The notes under the pieces are model-generated. The model was not told the DNA's origin and did no database searches. It saw nothing but the letters and a program-made list of their open reading frames with translations. From positions 2,322 to 66,321 of the forward strand of contig JAAAPE010000004.1 in NCBI GenBank assembly GCA_009908385.1: 64,000 nt of DNA, given 5' to 3'. A program made the position numbers and the translations under genes. The DNA comes from Gammaproteobacteria bacterium (GTDB lineage: Bacteria > Pseudomonadota > Gammaproteobacteria > Xanthomonadales > Wenzhouxiangellaceae). The stretch's first letter is position 1, and every line of letters starts with the position of its first letter. This document shows positions 23,626-36,262 of the stretch, piece after piece.

Positions 23626-25053
23626 ATGGCTGACAAGGAATTCGACGTAATCGTGATCGGTGGCGGCCCTGGCGGGTACGTGGCCGCCATTCGCGCCGCC
23701 CAGCTCGACCTGAAAGTCCTGATGGTCGACGATCGCAAGGGCAAGGACGACAAGCCCGCGCCCGGCGGTACTTGCCTGAATATCGGCTGCATCCCCTCCA
23801 AGGCCCTGCTGGACTCCTCCAAGCACTTCGCCCACGTGCGCGACGATTACGCCGAGCACGGCATCCAGGTCGACGACGTCAGCATCGACGTCGGCCAGAT
23901 GCTCAAGCGCAAAGACCAGGTCGTCAAGCAGCTCACCGGCGGCGTTACCCAGCTGCTCAAAGCCAACAAGGTCGAGTTCGTCAACGGCCGCGGCAAGCTC
24001 AATGCCGACCGGGAAGTGGAACTGACCCCGCACGACGGCGATGCCTACATGGCCAGGGGCAAGCACGTCATCCTCGCGGCCGGCTCGGTGTCCTTTTCCA
24101 TCCCGAACGTGGAAATCGACAACGAGGCCATCGTGGACAACATCGGCGCCCTCGAGTTTTCCGAGGTGCCGGAGCGCCTGGGCGTCATCGGCGCGGGCGT
24201 GATCGGCCTCGAGATGGGCAGCGTCTGGTCGCGCCTGGGCAGCGAGGTCATGCTGTTCGAAGCCCTCGATGAATTCCTGCCGGCCATCGACAAGGACGCC
24301 TCGCGCCTCGCCGCTCGTGAATTCAAGAAGCAGGGTCTCGACATCCGCCTCGGCACCAAGGTCTCCGGCGCCGAAGTGAAGGACGGCAAGGTCACCGTCA
24401 CGTTCGAAGACAAGGACGGCGAACACAGCGAGACCTTCGACAAGCTGCTCGTCGCCGTCGGCCGCAAGGCCGCCAGCGAGGGCCTGCTGAACGACGATTC
24501 GGGTGTCAAGCTGACCGACCGCGGCCAGATCGAGGTCGACGACCACTGTCGCACCTCGGCCGAGAACGTGTGGGCGGTGGGTGACCTGGTGCGCGGCCCG
24601 ATGCTGGCGCACAAGGCCTCCGAGGAAGGCATCGCGGTTGTCGAAACGATCGCCGGCGGCCACGGCCACTTCGGCCATGACACCGTGCCCTGGGTCATCT
24701 ACACCGACCCGGAAATCGCCTGGGTGGGCAAGACGGAGAAGCAGCTCCAGGAAGAAGGCATCGAATACCGCGCCGGCAACTTCCCCTTCGCGGCCACAGG
24801 TCGCGGCCTGGCCATGGGTCATGCGCCCGGCACGGTCAAAGTCATTGCGGATGCCGAGACCGACCGCGTCCTGGGCGTGCAGATCGTCGGCCCCAATGCT
24901 TCCGAGCTGATCGCCGAGTGCGTGGTGACGATGGAGTTCGCCGGCGCATCCGAGGACCTGGCCCGCATCATCCACGCCCACCCGACCCTGTCGGAGGCCG
25001 TACACGAAGCCGCCCTGGCAGTCGACAAGCGAGCCATTCACAAGGCGAACTGA
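23626..25053 (+). CDS. lpdA: dihydrolipoyl dehydrogenase E3
   Basis: GGGPGGY, GGTCLNIGCIPSKALL, GAGVIGLE, HAHPTLSE. Confidence 0.98.
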   Translation: MADKEFDVIVIGGGPGGYVAAIRAAQLDLKVLMVDDRKGKDDKPAPGGTCLNIGCIPSKALLDSSKHFAHVRDDYAEHGIQVDDVSIDVGQMLKRKDQVVKQLTGGVTQLLKANKVEFVNGRGKLNADREVELTPHDGDAYMARGKHVILAAGSVSFSIPNVEIDNEAIVDNIGALEFSEVPERLGVIGAGVIGLEMGSVWSRLGSEVMLFEALDEFLPAIDKDASRLAAREFKKQGLDIRLGTKVSGAEVKDGKVTVTFEDKDGEHSETFDKLLVAVGRKAASEGLLNDDSGVKLTDRGQIEVDDHCRTSAENVWAVGDLVRGPMLAHKASEEGIAVVETIAGGHGHFGHDTVPWVIYTDPEIAWVGKTEKQLQEEGIEYRAGNFPFAATGRGLAMGHAPGTVKVIADAETDRVLGVQIVGPNASELIAECVVTMEFAGASEDLARIIHAHPTLSEAVHEAALAVDKRAIHKAN

Positions 25054-25130
25054 CGATCCGTGGTCCGTGGTCAGTAGTCCGTCCGTCTGACCACGGACCA
25101 CAGACTACCGACTACGGACCACAGACTTCC
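25054..25130. repeat. inverted heptamer tandem array (TGGTCCG)n / (GACCACG)n
   Basis: CGATCCG-TGGTCCG-TGGTCAG-TAGTCCG, then GACCACG-GACCACA-GACTACC-GACTACG-GACCACA-GACTTCC; fills the whole lpdA-yhdH intergenic gap. Confidence 0.88.
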
Positions 25131-25131
25131 A

Positions 25132-26142
25132 ATGAGTGACAAAATACCCGACACCTTCCGAGCCTTCCGTATCGACGACGACGAGAGCGGCTACCGCGGC
25201 GAGCTGGTCGAGCAGTCGATCGACGAGCAGTCGGGAGGTGACGTCGTCATCGAGGTCGCCTACTCCAGCGTCAACTACAAGGACGCGCTGGCCGGCACCG
25301 GCAAGGGCAAGATCCTGCGCAGCTTCCCGCTCAATGGCGGCATCGACGCCGCGGGCACCGTCGTTCGCTCCGAAAGCAACGGTTTCTCCGAGGGTGACGA
25401 GGTACTCATCACCGGCTGCGGCCTTTCGGAAACGCGCGACGGCGGCTACAGCGAGTACCTGAGCGTGCCCTCCGACTGGCTTGTGCCGCTTCCGCGGGGC
25501 CTGAGCCTGCGCGAGGCGATGATCCTAGGAACCGCCGGCTTCACGGCCGCGCTGGGCCTGTGGCGCATGGAAGCCAACGGCCAGACGCCCGACATGGGCT
25601 CGATCGCCGTCACCGGTGCCAGCGGCGGCGTCGGATCGCTGGCCTGCGACATCTATTCGGCCGCCGGCTACGAAGTCGCCGCCATCTCCGGAAAGGAAGA
25701 CGAGTTCGAGTGGCTGCACGAACTCGGCGCCTCGCAGTGCATTTCCCGGCACGAGCTTTACTGGCCGGAGTCGCCGCTGGCCTCGGCGCAGTTCGCCGGA
25801 GCGCTCGACAACGTCGGCGGCGACATGTTGTCCGGACTCACCCGGGTGATCAAGCCCTGGGGCAATATCGCGTCCTGCGGCATGGCCGGCGGCATCGGGC
25901 TGAACACCACCGTGATGCCGTTCATCATCCGCGGCATCACGCTGCTGGGCATCAATTCGGCCGGATGCCCCTACCCGATCCGCAAGGCGCTCTGGGAGCG
26001 CCTCGCGGGCGAATGGCGGCCGCGCCATCTCGACAGCATCGCCGCGCCCGAAGTCGACCTCGAAGGCCTCCCGGACGCCTTCGACCAGCTGATCGCCGGA
26101 AAGGCGCGCGGACGCATCGTGGTCCGCGTGACGGCGTCCTGA
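25132..26142 (+). CDS. YhdH/AcuI family MDR oxidoreductase (acrylyl-CoA reductase-like)
   Basis: YSSVNYKDALA, GIDAAG, GTAGFTA, VTGASGGVGS, TVMPFIIRGITLLGINS. Confidence 0.9.
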   Translation: MSDKIPDTFRAFRIDDDESGYRGELVEQSIDEQSGGDVVIEVAYSSVNYKDALAGTGKGKILRSFPLNGGIDAAGTVVRSESNGFSEGDEVLITGCGLSETRDGGYSEYLSVPSDWLVPLPRGLSLREAMILGTAGFTAALGLWRMEANGQTPDMGSIAVTGASGGVGSLACDIYSAAGYEVAAISGKEDEFEWLHELGASQCISRHELYWPESPLASAQFAGALDNVGGDMLSGLTRVIKPWGNIASCGMAGGIGLNTTVMPFIIRGITLLGINSAGCPYPIRKALWERLAGEWRPRHLDSIAAPEVDLEGLPDAFDQLIAGKARGRIVVRVTAS

Positions 26143-26234
26143 AAGCGCCTCGCCGACGGGACCATCCAGCCCGGTTTCGGGTATGATGGGAGCGATTCGA
26201 GCTTGAGCAACAAAACAGTCAAGAAGGGATTCAC

Positions 26235-26600
26235 ATGGCCAAGATTCTGATCGTTGACGATTCCGAGACTCACCTGTATTCGCTTCAGAAGATCGTCGAG
26301 GGGGGCGGCCACGAAGTCATCACCGCTTCCAGCGGCGAGGAAGGCGTCGAGCAGGCCAAGGCGCACATGCCCGATGTCATCCTCATGGACATCGTCATGC
26401 CCGGACTCAACGGTTTCCAGGCGACCCGCCGCATCGGCAAGGACGAGGCCACCGCCAACATTCCGGTCATTTTCGTGACCACCAAGGATCAGGAAACCGA
26501 CCGCATCTGGGGCATGAGGCAGGGTGCATCGGCCTACATCACCAAGCCGGTCGACAAGAAGGAACTTCTCAAGGCCATCAATACGGCCCTCGACGGCTGA
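26235..26600 (+). CDS. pilH: PilH-like single-domain response regulator
   Basis: ILIVDDS, LMDIVMPGLNGFQATR, TTKDQETDRIWGMRQGA..YITKP, typical of PilH. Confidence 0.85.
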   Translation: MAKILIVDDSETHLYSLQKIVEGGGHEVITASSGEEGVEQAKAHMPDVILMDIVMPGLNGFQATRRIGKDEATANIPVIFVTTKDQETDRIWGMRQGASAYITKPVDKKELLKAINTALDG

Positions 26601-27094
26601 TGGCCGCAGCGCCGGGGGACCGGGTCCCCGAAGCCACGCTCACGGTGATGACGCCGGAAGGGCCTTCCGGGCAATCCACGACCACCCTGCTCGGCACCGG
26701 CCTGAGCGTGGTTTTTGCCGTTCCGGGCGCCTTCACCCCCACCTGCTCCGCGCAGCACCTGCCGGGCTTCGTCGAGCGGGCCGCCGACATCCGGGCCGCC
26801 GGCGCCGACCGTATCGTCTGCACAGCGGTCAACGACGTCTTCGTGATGGACGCCTGGGGAAAATCGGCCGGTGTCGGAGACGCCATCGTGATGGCCGCCG
26901 ACGGCAACGGGGCATTCGCCCGGGTGCTGGGACTGGAGATGGATGCCACCAACTTCGGCATGGGCCTGCGCTTCCAGCGATTCGCCATGATCATCCGGGA
27001 CGGAACGATCGAGCACCTGATGGTGGAAGGACCGGGCGAATTCCGCGTTTCGAGCGCGGACAGCGTGCTCGAAAAGCTGCAGCAAACCGGCTGA
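26600..27094 (+). CDS. peroxiredoxin (Prx5 family)
   Basis: VPGAFTPTCS..HLPGF, VNDVFVM.AW, ADGNG.F; ATG overlaps the pilH stop. Confidence 0.92.
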   Translation: MAAAPGDRVPEATLTVMTPEGPSGQSTTTLLGTGLSVVFAVPGAFTPTCSAQHLPGFVERAADIRAAGADRIVCTAVNDVFVMDAWGKSAGVGDAIVMAADGNGAFARVLGLEMDATNFGMGLRFQRFAMIIRDGTIEHLMVEGPGEFRVSSADSVLEKLQQTG

Positions 27095-27103
27095 GCGCTC
27101 CGT

Positions 27104-27337
27104 TCAGCCGTCGCTCGCCGGATACTGAACCGGATTGACCCCCTGGGGCTCGATCCATCCCATCTGGAACGCGATCCACAGCAGGATTACCAGGCCCAGG
27201 GAGAGGCCGACGCGCCAGCTCAGGCGCTTGACCGTGCGTTCACCTTCTCCTGAATCCTTGACCAGAAAATAGAAGCTCGACGCGAGCGTGTAGAGGATGA
27301 CGAGGAAGGCACCGATGATCAGGACTTTGCTGAGCAA
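27104..27337 (-). CDS. twin transmembrane helix small protein (DUF2909-like)
   Basis: Two TM helices, LVKD.G...RTVKRLSWRVGLS, GWIEP; divergent from SURF1 as in cox clusters. Confidence 0.85.
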   Translation of the reverse strand: MLSKVLIIGAFLVILYTLASSFYFLVKDSGEGERTVKRLSWRVGLSLGLVILLWIAFQMGWIEPQGVNPVQYPASDG

Positions 27338-27385
27338 GAAAGGACTCCGGGAGAAGTGTTGCCTGAATTATAATGCCGTCCCGTC

Positions 27386-28102
27386 ATGAGCAGGTCGTCT
27401 TCCTTCATCCTCCGCTGGCTGCCGCACCTTGCCGCCCTGCTGGTCATCGTGCTGTGCGCGCGGCTGGCCGCCTGGCAGTTCGACCGAGCGGACGAGAAGC
27501 GGACACTGCTCTCGGCGTGGGAACAGGCCGACCGCATGTCCCTCGAGCAGGCCGAATCACTCGATTCGAGCTACGCTCGCATTTCGGCCCGGGGCCAATT
27601 CGACACGCGAAGGCACGTCCTGCTCGACAACCAGATTCGCGCCGGGCGGGCGGGGGTGCACGTGTTTACGCCCTTCCGCCCGGACGGGGCGTCCGGGAGC
27701 TGGCTGGTCAACCGCGGCTGGTATCCGCTCGCCTCCCGGCAAGCGCCGCTGCCCTCGATCGAGACCCCTTCGCGGGCGGCAAGCATCGAAGGGCGCCTGG
27801 TCGATCCTCCCCGCGTGGGCCGGCAGCTGGGCGAGGCCCGGGCTCTCGACGCCGATGAGTGGCCCAACCTGGTCACCTACCTCGATCTCGACCGCGTCGA
27901 GGCGGCCCTGGAAACGTCTCTCGCCGGGCGGATCATCCTGCTCGACCCGGCGCACGACATCCACCTGACCGGCGATCCCTGGCGCCCGGTCAACTTCGGT
28001 CCCGACCGCCACCGGGCCTATGCCTGGCAATGGATCACCATGGCGGTCGTGGTATTCCTCATCTGGGTCGCCCTGACCTGGCGCAGCTTCAGGAAATCAT
28101 GA
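27386..28102 (+). CDS. SURF1 family cytochrome oxidase assembly protein
   Basis: LAAWQFDRA.EK, LLDNQI, LVNRGW, HRAYAWQW plus terminal TMs. Confidence 0.92.
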   Translation: MSRSSSFILRWLPHLAALLVIVLCARLAAWQFDRADEKRTLLSAWEQADRMSLEQAESLDSSYARISARGQFDTRRHVLLDNQIRAGRAGVHVFTPFRPDGASGSWLVNRGWYPLASRQAPLPSIETPSRAASIEGRLVDPPRVGRQLGEARALDADEWPNLVTYLDLDRVEAALETSLAGRIILLDPAHDIHLTGDPWRPVNFGPDRHRAYAWQWITMAVVVFLIWVALTWRSFRKS

Positions 28103-28677
28103 ATAAAACGACCGTTCTTGCCGTTCTCGCAGCCTTCCTGGCTCCGGTGATCATCGCCGTGCTGCTCAACAGCGAGTGGTTCGACTGGCGCCCCGACAGC
28201 ACCAGGAATCACGGCGAGCTGCTCGAGCCGGCCGTGCGTCTGCCCGAATTCGAACTGACGACCGCCTCCGGCGAAGCCGTCACGCGCGAAACGCTCGACG
28301 GCCAGTGGCAGCTCCTCCACTACCGGGCCTCCGGCTGCGATGAGGCCTGCATGGACGCGATCTACTGGATGCGGCAGGTCCGCCGGGCCCAGGACCGCCA
28401 CCAGCCGGAAGTCGCCCTGATGTTCGTCACGCCGGGCGAGCTCGAGCAGGACGTCCTCGATGAAATCCACGGCCTGGCGGACGACTATCGCGTGTTGACC
28501 GGCGACGCAGGCAGCGAGCTGTCAACGGCCTTCCCCGACGCGGGTCTGGAGGCAATCAGCTACATCATCGACCCGATGGGGCATATAATATTGCGTTACC
28601 CGCCAGAGGCGGATTTCAACGGCATGCGGCGCGATCTCTCGCGCCTGCTCACCTGGACGCAGTCCGGCCCCGAGTGA
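28099..28677 (+). CDS. SCO/thioredoxin-like membrane-anchored cytochrome oxidase assembly protein
   Basis: Start MNKTTVLAV at 28099; [13 protein letters not shown] (CxxxC), [18 protein letters not shown]. Confidence 0.8.
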   Translation: MNKTTVLAVLAAFLAPVIIAVLLNSEWFDWRPDSTRNHGELLEPAVRLPEFELTTASGEAVTRETLDGQWQLLHYRASGCDEACMDAIYWMRQVRRAQDRHQPEVALMFVTPGELEQDVLDEIHGLADDYRVLTGDAGSELSTAFPDAGLEAISYIIDPMGHIILRYPPEADFNGMRRDLSRLLTWTQSGPE

Positions 28678-28684
28678 GGCCCGG

Positions 28685-29635
28685 ATGCCTGGCACACCCA
28701 TCACCTCCCGACCATCGGCCATGACCGCAGCGACTGCATCGATCTGGCAGCGAACGCGTTTCTTTCTGGGGCTCTGCAAGCTCCGGGTGGTCGCGCTGAT
28801 CGTGTTCACGGCAATCGTCGGCATGGCGCTTGCGGTGCCGGGCATGATTCCGCTCGATGCGCTGGTCTGGGGCACGCTGGGCATCGGCATGGCCGCGGCG
28901 GCGGCGGCGGCCATCAACCACCTGCTCGACGAACGCGCCGACCGCATCATGACGCGCACCCGCAACCGCCCGCTGCCGAGCAGGCAGCTCAGCCGCCGGC
29001 AGGCGCTCGCCTTCGCCCTGGCACTGGCCGCGATCTCGATGCTGATCCTCACCCTGTTGGTCAACCCGCTCACGGCGGTGCTGACCTTTGCCAGCCTGAT
29101 CGGCTACGCCGTCGTCTACACCGCCTGGCTCAAGCGCGCGACGCCGCAGAACATCGTCATCGGAGGCGCCGCCGGCGCCGCGCCCCCGGTGCTTGGCTGG
29201 GCGGCGGTCACCGGCGAGGTCCATCCCTACGCCCTGATCCTGTTCCTGATCATCTTCGTCTGGACCCCACCGCATTTCTGGGCGCTGGCCATCCACCGCA
29301 GGCACGATTACGCGGCGGCGGACGTGCCCATGCTGCCGGTCACCCACGGCGTCGCCTTCACGCGATGGCAGATCCTCTTCTATACCATCATCCTCGCCCT
29401 GGTGACACTGCTGCCCTGGCTGACCGGAATGAGCGGCCTGGCCTACCTGGTCGGCACGGTGATCCTGAACCTCGGCTTTCTCGGATACGCCATCGGCATC
29501 ATGCGCTCCAAGAACGAGCAGCTGGCGATGCACATGTTCAACTACTCCGTGGTCTACCTCATGGCGCTGTTCGCGTTCCTGCTGGTCGATCACTACCTGT
29601 TCAGCGTTTCTGCGCAAGGACTGTTGCTGCAATGA
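28685..29635 (+). CDS. cyoE: protoheme IX farnesyltransferase (heme o synthase)
   Basis: [59 protein letters not shown]. Confidence 0.96.
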   Translation: MPGTPITSRPSAMTAATASIWQRTRFFLGLCKLRVVALIVFTAIVGMALAVPGMIPLDALVWGTLGIGMAAAAAAAINHLLDERADRIMTRTRNRPLPSRQLSRRQALAFALALAAISMLILTLLVNPLTAVLTFASLIGYAVVYTAWLKRATPQNIVIGGAAGAAPPVLGWAAVTGEVHPYALILFLIIFVWTPPHFWALAIHRRHDYAAADVPMLPVTHGVAFTRWQILFYTIILALVTLLPWLTGMSGLAYLVGTVILNLGFLGYAIGIMRSKNEQLAMHMFNYSVVYLMALFAFLLVDHYLFSVSAQGLLLQ

Positions 29636-32544
29636 CCGAATCCCGGAACCCCTCCACGCCCCTGCACGCCCTCGAGTCTCACGACGCGTTCGTTTCCCGG
29701 CACATCGGCCCCAATGCCGAAGACGTCCGGCAAATGCTCGACGCGGTGGACTGCGAGTCGCTCGAGGCGTTGATGATCGAGACCATGCCCGGCCGCATCC
29801 GGACCGACAAGCCGCTCGAGCTGCCGGACAGCGACAACGAAGACCGAGTGCTCGAGCAAGCCCGTGAAATCGCCGGGCACAACACCATTGCACATTCGAT
29901 GATCGGCCTGGGCTACCACCCCACGCTCACGCCACCGGTCATCCAGCGCAACGTGCTGGAGAATCCCGGCTGGTATACCGCCTACACGCCCTACCAGGCC
30001 GAAATCTCTCAGGGCCGTCTCGAGGGCCTGCTCAATTTCCAGCAGATGGTCATGGACCTGACCGGCATGGAACTGGCCAATGCCTCGCTCCTCGACGAGG
30101 CCACCGCGGCCGCCGAAGCGATGGCCATGCTCAGGCGGGTCAATCGAAAGAACAAGAGCGATGTCTTCCTGGTCGACGCCAATTGCCTGCCGCAGACGAT
30201 CGACGTGGTGGCGAACCGCGGACGACACCTCGGAATCGACGTCCAGGTGCGCGAAGACCTGGCCGCAGCCCTTGAGGACACGCCCTGCTTCGGCGTCCTC
30301 ACCCAGTACCCGGGCGCCGACGGCGCGGTCCGGCCGCTCGATGCACTGGTCGAATCGGCGCACGCCCGCGATTCGCTGGTCGCCGTGGCCGCCGACCTGA
30401 TGTCGCTGGTGCTGCTCGAAGCACCCGGCAGCGCCGACGCCGACGTGGTGGTCGGCAGCGCCCAGCGCTTCGGCGTTCCCATGGCCTACGGCGGGCCGCA
30501 CGCCGCCTTCTTCGCCACCCGCGAGGATTACCGGCGCAGCGTGCCCGGGCGCATCATCGGCGTGTCCAGGGACCGGCACGGCGACCCGGCCCTGCGCATG
30601 GCGCTGCAGACGCGCGAACAGCACATCCGCCGGGAAAAGGCGATGAGCAACATCTGCACGGCCCAGGCGCTGCTGGCTGTCATGGCCAGCTTCTACGCGG
30701 TCTGGCACGGCCCGGACGGCCTGCGAAAGATCGCGCGTCGCATCCACCGGCAGGCCGCCATCCTGGCGCGCGGCATCACCGAAGCGGGGTACGAGCTCGA
30801 GCACCAGGACTACTTCGACACGATCTCGATCCGGGTCGACGAACCCAACCGGCAGGCCATCCTGCACAAGGCGCAGCAGGCCGGCATCAACCTGCGCGCC
30901 GATCGCGACGGTTTCATCGGCATCAGCGTCAGCGAGCAGACGCGCAGGCACCACCTGTTCAGCCTGCTCGGCATCTTCCGCGGCAGCAAGCCGGACGCGA
31001 TCGCCACGCTCGACGCCGAGCTTCCGGGCGATTTTTCGGCCGTACCGGAATCCCTGCGCCGGCAATCAGCCTTTCTCGAGCACGAGGTGTTCGCGAGTTA
31101 CCACTCCGAAACGGAGATGCTGCGTTACCTCAAGCGGCTGGAGAATCGCGACCTGAGCCTGACCCACGCGATGATCCCGCTCGGTTCGTGCACCATGAAA
31201 CTCAACGCCACCGCGGAGATGATTCCCGTCACCTGGCCGGAGTTTTCCGAACTGCATCCCTTCTGCCCCTGGGAACAGGCGCGCGGCTATCACCAGCTGA
31301 CCGGCGAACTCGAGGGCATGCTCAAGGCCATCACCGGCTTCGCCGCCGTCTCGCTCCAGCCCAACGCCGGCTCGCAGGGCGAATATGCCGGCCTCCTGGC
31401 GATCAAGGGCTGGCACGAGCACAACGGCGACCACGATCGCACGGTCTGCCTCATTCCGTCTTCTGCGCACGGCACCAATCCGGCCAGCGCGCAGATGACC
31501 GGCATGGACATCGTCGTGATCAAGTGCGACAAGCAGGGCAATGTCGATCTCGACGACCTGGCCGCCAAGATCGAGAAGCACCGCGACAAGCTCGCAGCGC
31601 TGATGATCACCTACCCGTCGACGCACGGCGTTTTCGAGGAAGCGGTCGTCGACATCTGCGAGCAGGTGCGCGCCGCCGGCGCGCTGGTCTACCTCGACGG
31701 CGCCAATCTCAACGCCCTGGTGGGCTGGTCGCAGGTCGCCGACTACGCAGACGTGTGTCACCTCAACCTGCACAAGACGTTCTGCATCCCCCATGGCGGC
31801 GGCGGTCCCGGCGTCGGGCCGATCGGCGTGCGCGAGCACCTGATCCCGTTCCTGCCGGGGCACGGCAGCGGACTGCTTGGGCCGGAATTCGGCGGCAATC
31901 CGCCGGTCGCGGCCGCCCCCTGGGGCAGCGCCGGCATCCTGCCGATCTCCTGGGTCTACATCCGTCTCATGGGCGGCGACGGCCTGGCGAGGGCGACGGA
32001 AATGGCGATTCTCAACGCCAATTACATCGCGCGGCGGCTGTCCAGTCACTACGACATCCTCTACACCGGACGCAACGGCCGCATCGCCCACGAATGCATC
32101 GTCGACCTGCGTCCGTTCAAGGACAGCGCCGGCATCACCGAGGAAGACGTCGCCAAGCGCATGATCGACTACGGCTTCCATGCGCCGACCATGTCGTGGC
32201 CGGTCCCCGGCACGCTGATGATCGAACCGACCGAAAGCGAGTCGAAGGCCGAACTGGATCGCTTCATCCAGACCATGATCGCCATCCGCCGCGAGATCGA
32301 GCGCGTCGCCAGCGGCGAGTGGGACGCCGAGGACAATCCTCTCAAGAACGCCCCACACACCATCGGCGAGCTGGCCGCGGACGACTGGCCGCATGCCTAC
32401 TCCCGCCGGGAAGCCGGATGGCCGGTCAAGGAACTGCGGCTGGGCAAGTATTTCGCGCCCGTCGCGCGCGTGGACAACGTCTTCGGCGACCGCAACCTGG
32501 TCTGCTCCTGCCCGCCCATGGAGGACTGGCTCGAGGCCGGTTGA
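29632..32544 (+). CDS. gcvP: glycine dehydrogenase (decarboxylating), P protein
   Basis: Start MTESRNP at 29632; [52 protein letters not shown]. Confidence 0.98.
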   Translation: MTESRNPSTPLHALESHDAFVSRHIGPNAEDVRQMLDAVDCESLEALMIETMPGRIRTDKPLELPDSDNEDRVLEQAREIAGHNTIAHSMIGLGYHPTLTPPVIQRNVLENPGWYTAYTPYQAEISQGRLEGLLNFQQMVMDLTGMELANASLLDEATAAAEAMAMLRRVNRKNKSDVFLVDANCLPQTIDVVANRGRHLGIDVQVREDLAAALEDTPCFGVLTQYPGADGAVRPLDALVESAHARDSLVAVAADLMSLVLLEAPGSADADVVVGSAQRFGVPMAYGGPHAAFFATREDYRRSVPGRIIGVSRDRHGDPALRMALQTREQHIRREKAMSNICTAQALLAVMASFYAVWHGPDGLRKIARRIHRQAAILARGITEAGYELEHQDYFDTISIRVDEPNRQAILHKAQQAGINLRADRDGFIGISVSEQTRRHHLFSLLGIFRGSKPDAIATLDAELPGDFSAVPESLRRQSAFLEHEVFASYHSETEMLRYLKRLENRDLSLTHAMIPLGSCTMKLNATAEMIPVTWPEFSELHPFCPWEQARGYHQLTGELEGMLKAITGFAAVSLQPNAGSQGEYAGLLAIKGWHEHNGDHDRTVCLIPSSAHGTNPASAQMTGMDIVVIKCDKQGNVDLDDLAAKIEKHRDKLAALMITYPSTHGVFEEAVVDICEQVRAAGALVYLDGANLNALVGWSQVADYADVCHLNLHKTFCIPHGGGGPGVGPIGVREHLIPFLPGHGSGLLGPEFGGNPPVAAAPWGSAGILPISWVYIRLMGGDGLARATEMAILNANYIARRLSSHYDILYTGRNGRIAHECIVDLRPFKDSAGITEEDVAKRMIDYGFHAPTMSWPVPGTLMIEPTESESKAELDRFIQTMIAIRREIERVASGEWDAEDNPLKNAPHTIGELAADDWPHAYSRREAGWPVKELRLGKYFAPVARVDNVFGDRNLVCSCPPMEDWLEAG

Positions 32545-32558
32545 GGTTGTGGTCGGGG

Positions 32559-32707
32559 GCCGGCTCACGGCGGTGGTGGCCCTGCTTCAGTTCGACGCGG
32601 TGGCGAGGCCTTCAGCAGGCCCAGCACCGCCGTGAGCTGGCGGGGCGGGTGAGAAATTGGTGGAGGATCGACACAGAGCGTTTGCCCCGGCCGGGGGCAC
32701 AAACGCA
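32559..32707. terminator. two stem-loops between convergent gcvP and tricorn genes
   Basis: 28-bp inverted repeat GCCGGCTCACGGCGGTGGTGGCCCTGCT / AGCAGGCCCAGCACCGCCGTGAGCTGGC (32559-32641, 3 mismatches) and a second hairpin GCGTTTG...CAAACGC (~32678-32707). Confidence 0.6.
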
Positions 32708-32729
32708 CCCCCGGCCGCCAATCCATCAC

Positions 32730-36011
<3,282 letters not shown>

Positions 36012-36068
36012 AGCAATTCTCCGATCGGTGAACGCTCGTGATGATAGCTGAAGCTACCCGCCCCGGCG

Positions 36069-36084
36069 CGTGACTAAAGTCACG
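36069..36084. promoter_or_regulatory. CRP/Clp-like palindromic site between divergent protease genes
   Basis: CGTGA-CTAAAG-TCACG matches the TGTGA-N6-TCACA geometry. Confidence 0.55.
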
Positions 36085-36262
36085 AACCGGGGTGAATCCA
36101 CGGCGGGCTTGATGTATCATTAGCTCAGTTGCGCGAGCCACGAACGCTCGGATCAGCGCGCTGGAGGGACGGAATCAGGGGGCAAGCCGCCGGCATGGCT
36201 GAGATGCGCCGTTCGCGGATCGCGATTCAGCGACCCATTCAGCCAACCGTAAGAGACGCCAA

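Noticed and set aside
25054-25130. Possible CRISPR array (also 54547-54607 and 23455-23594)
   Set aside because: Units are 7-10 bp with no unique spacers, and no cas genes are present.
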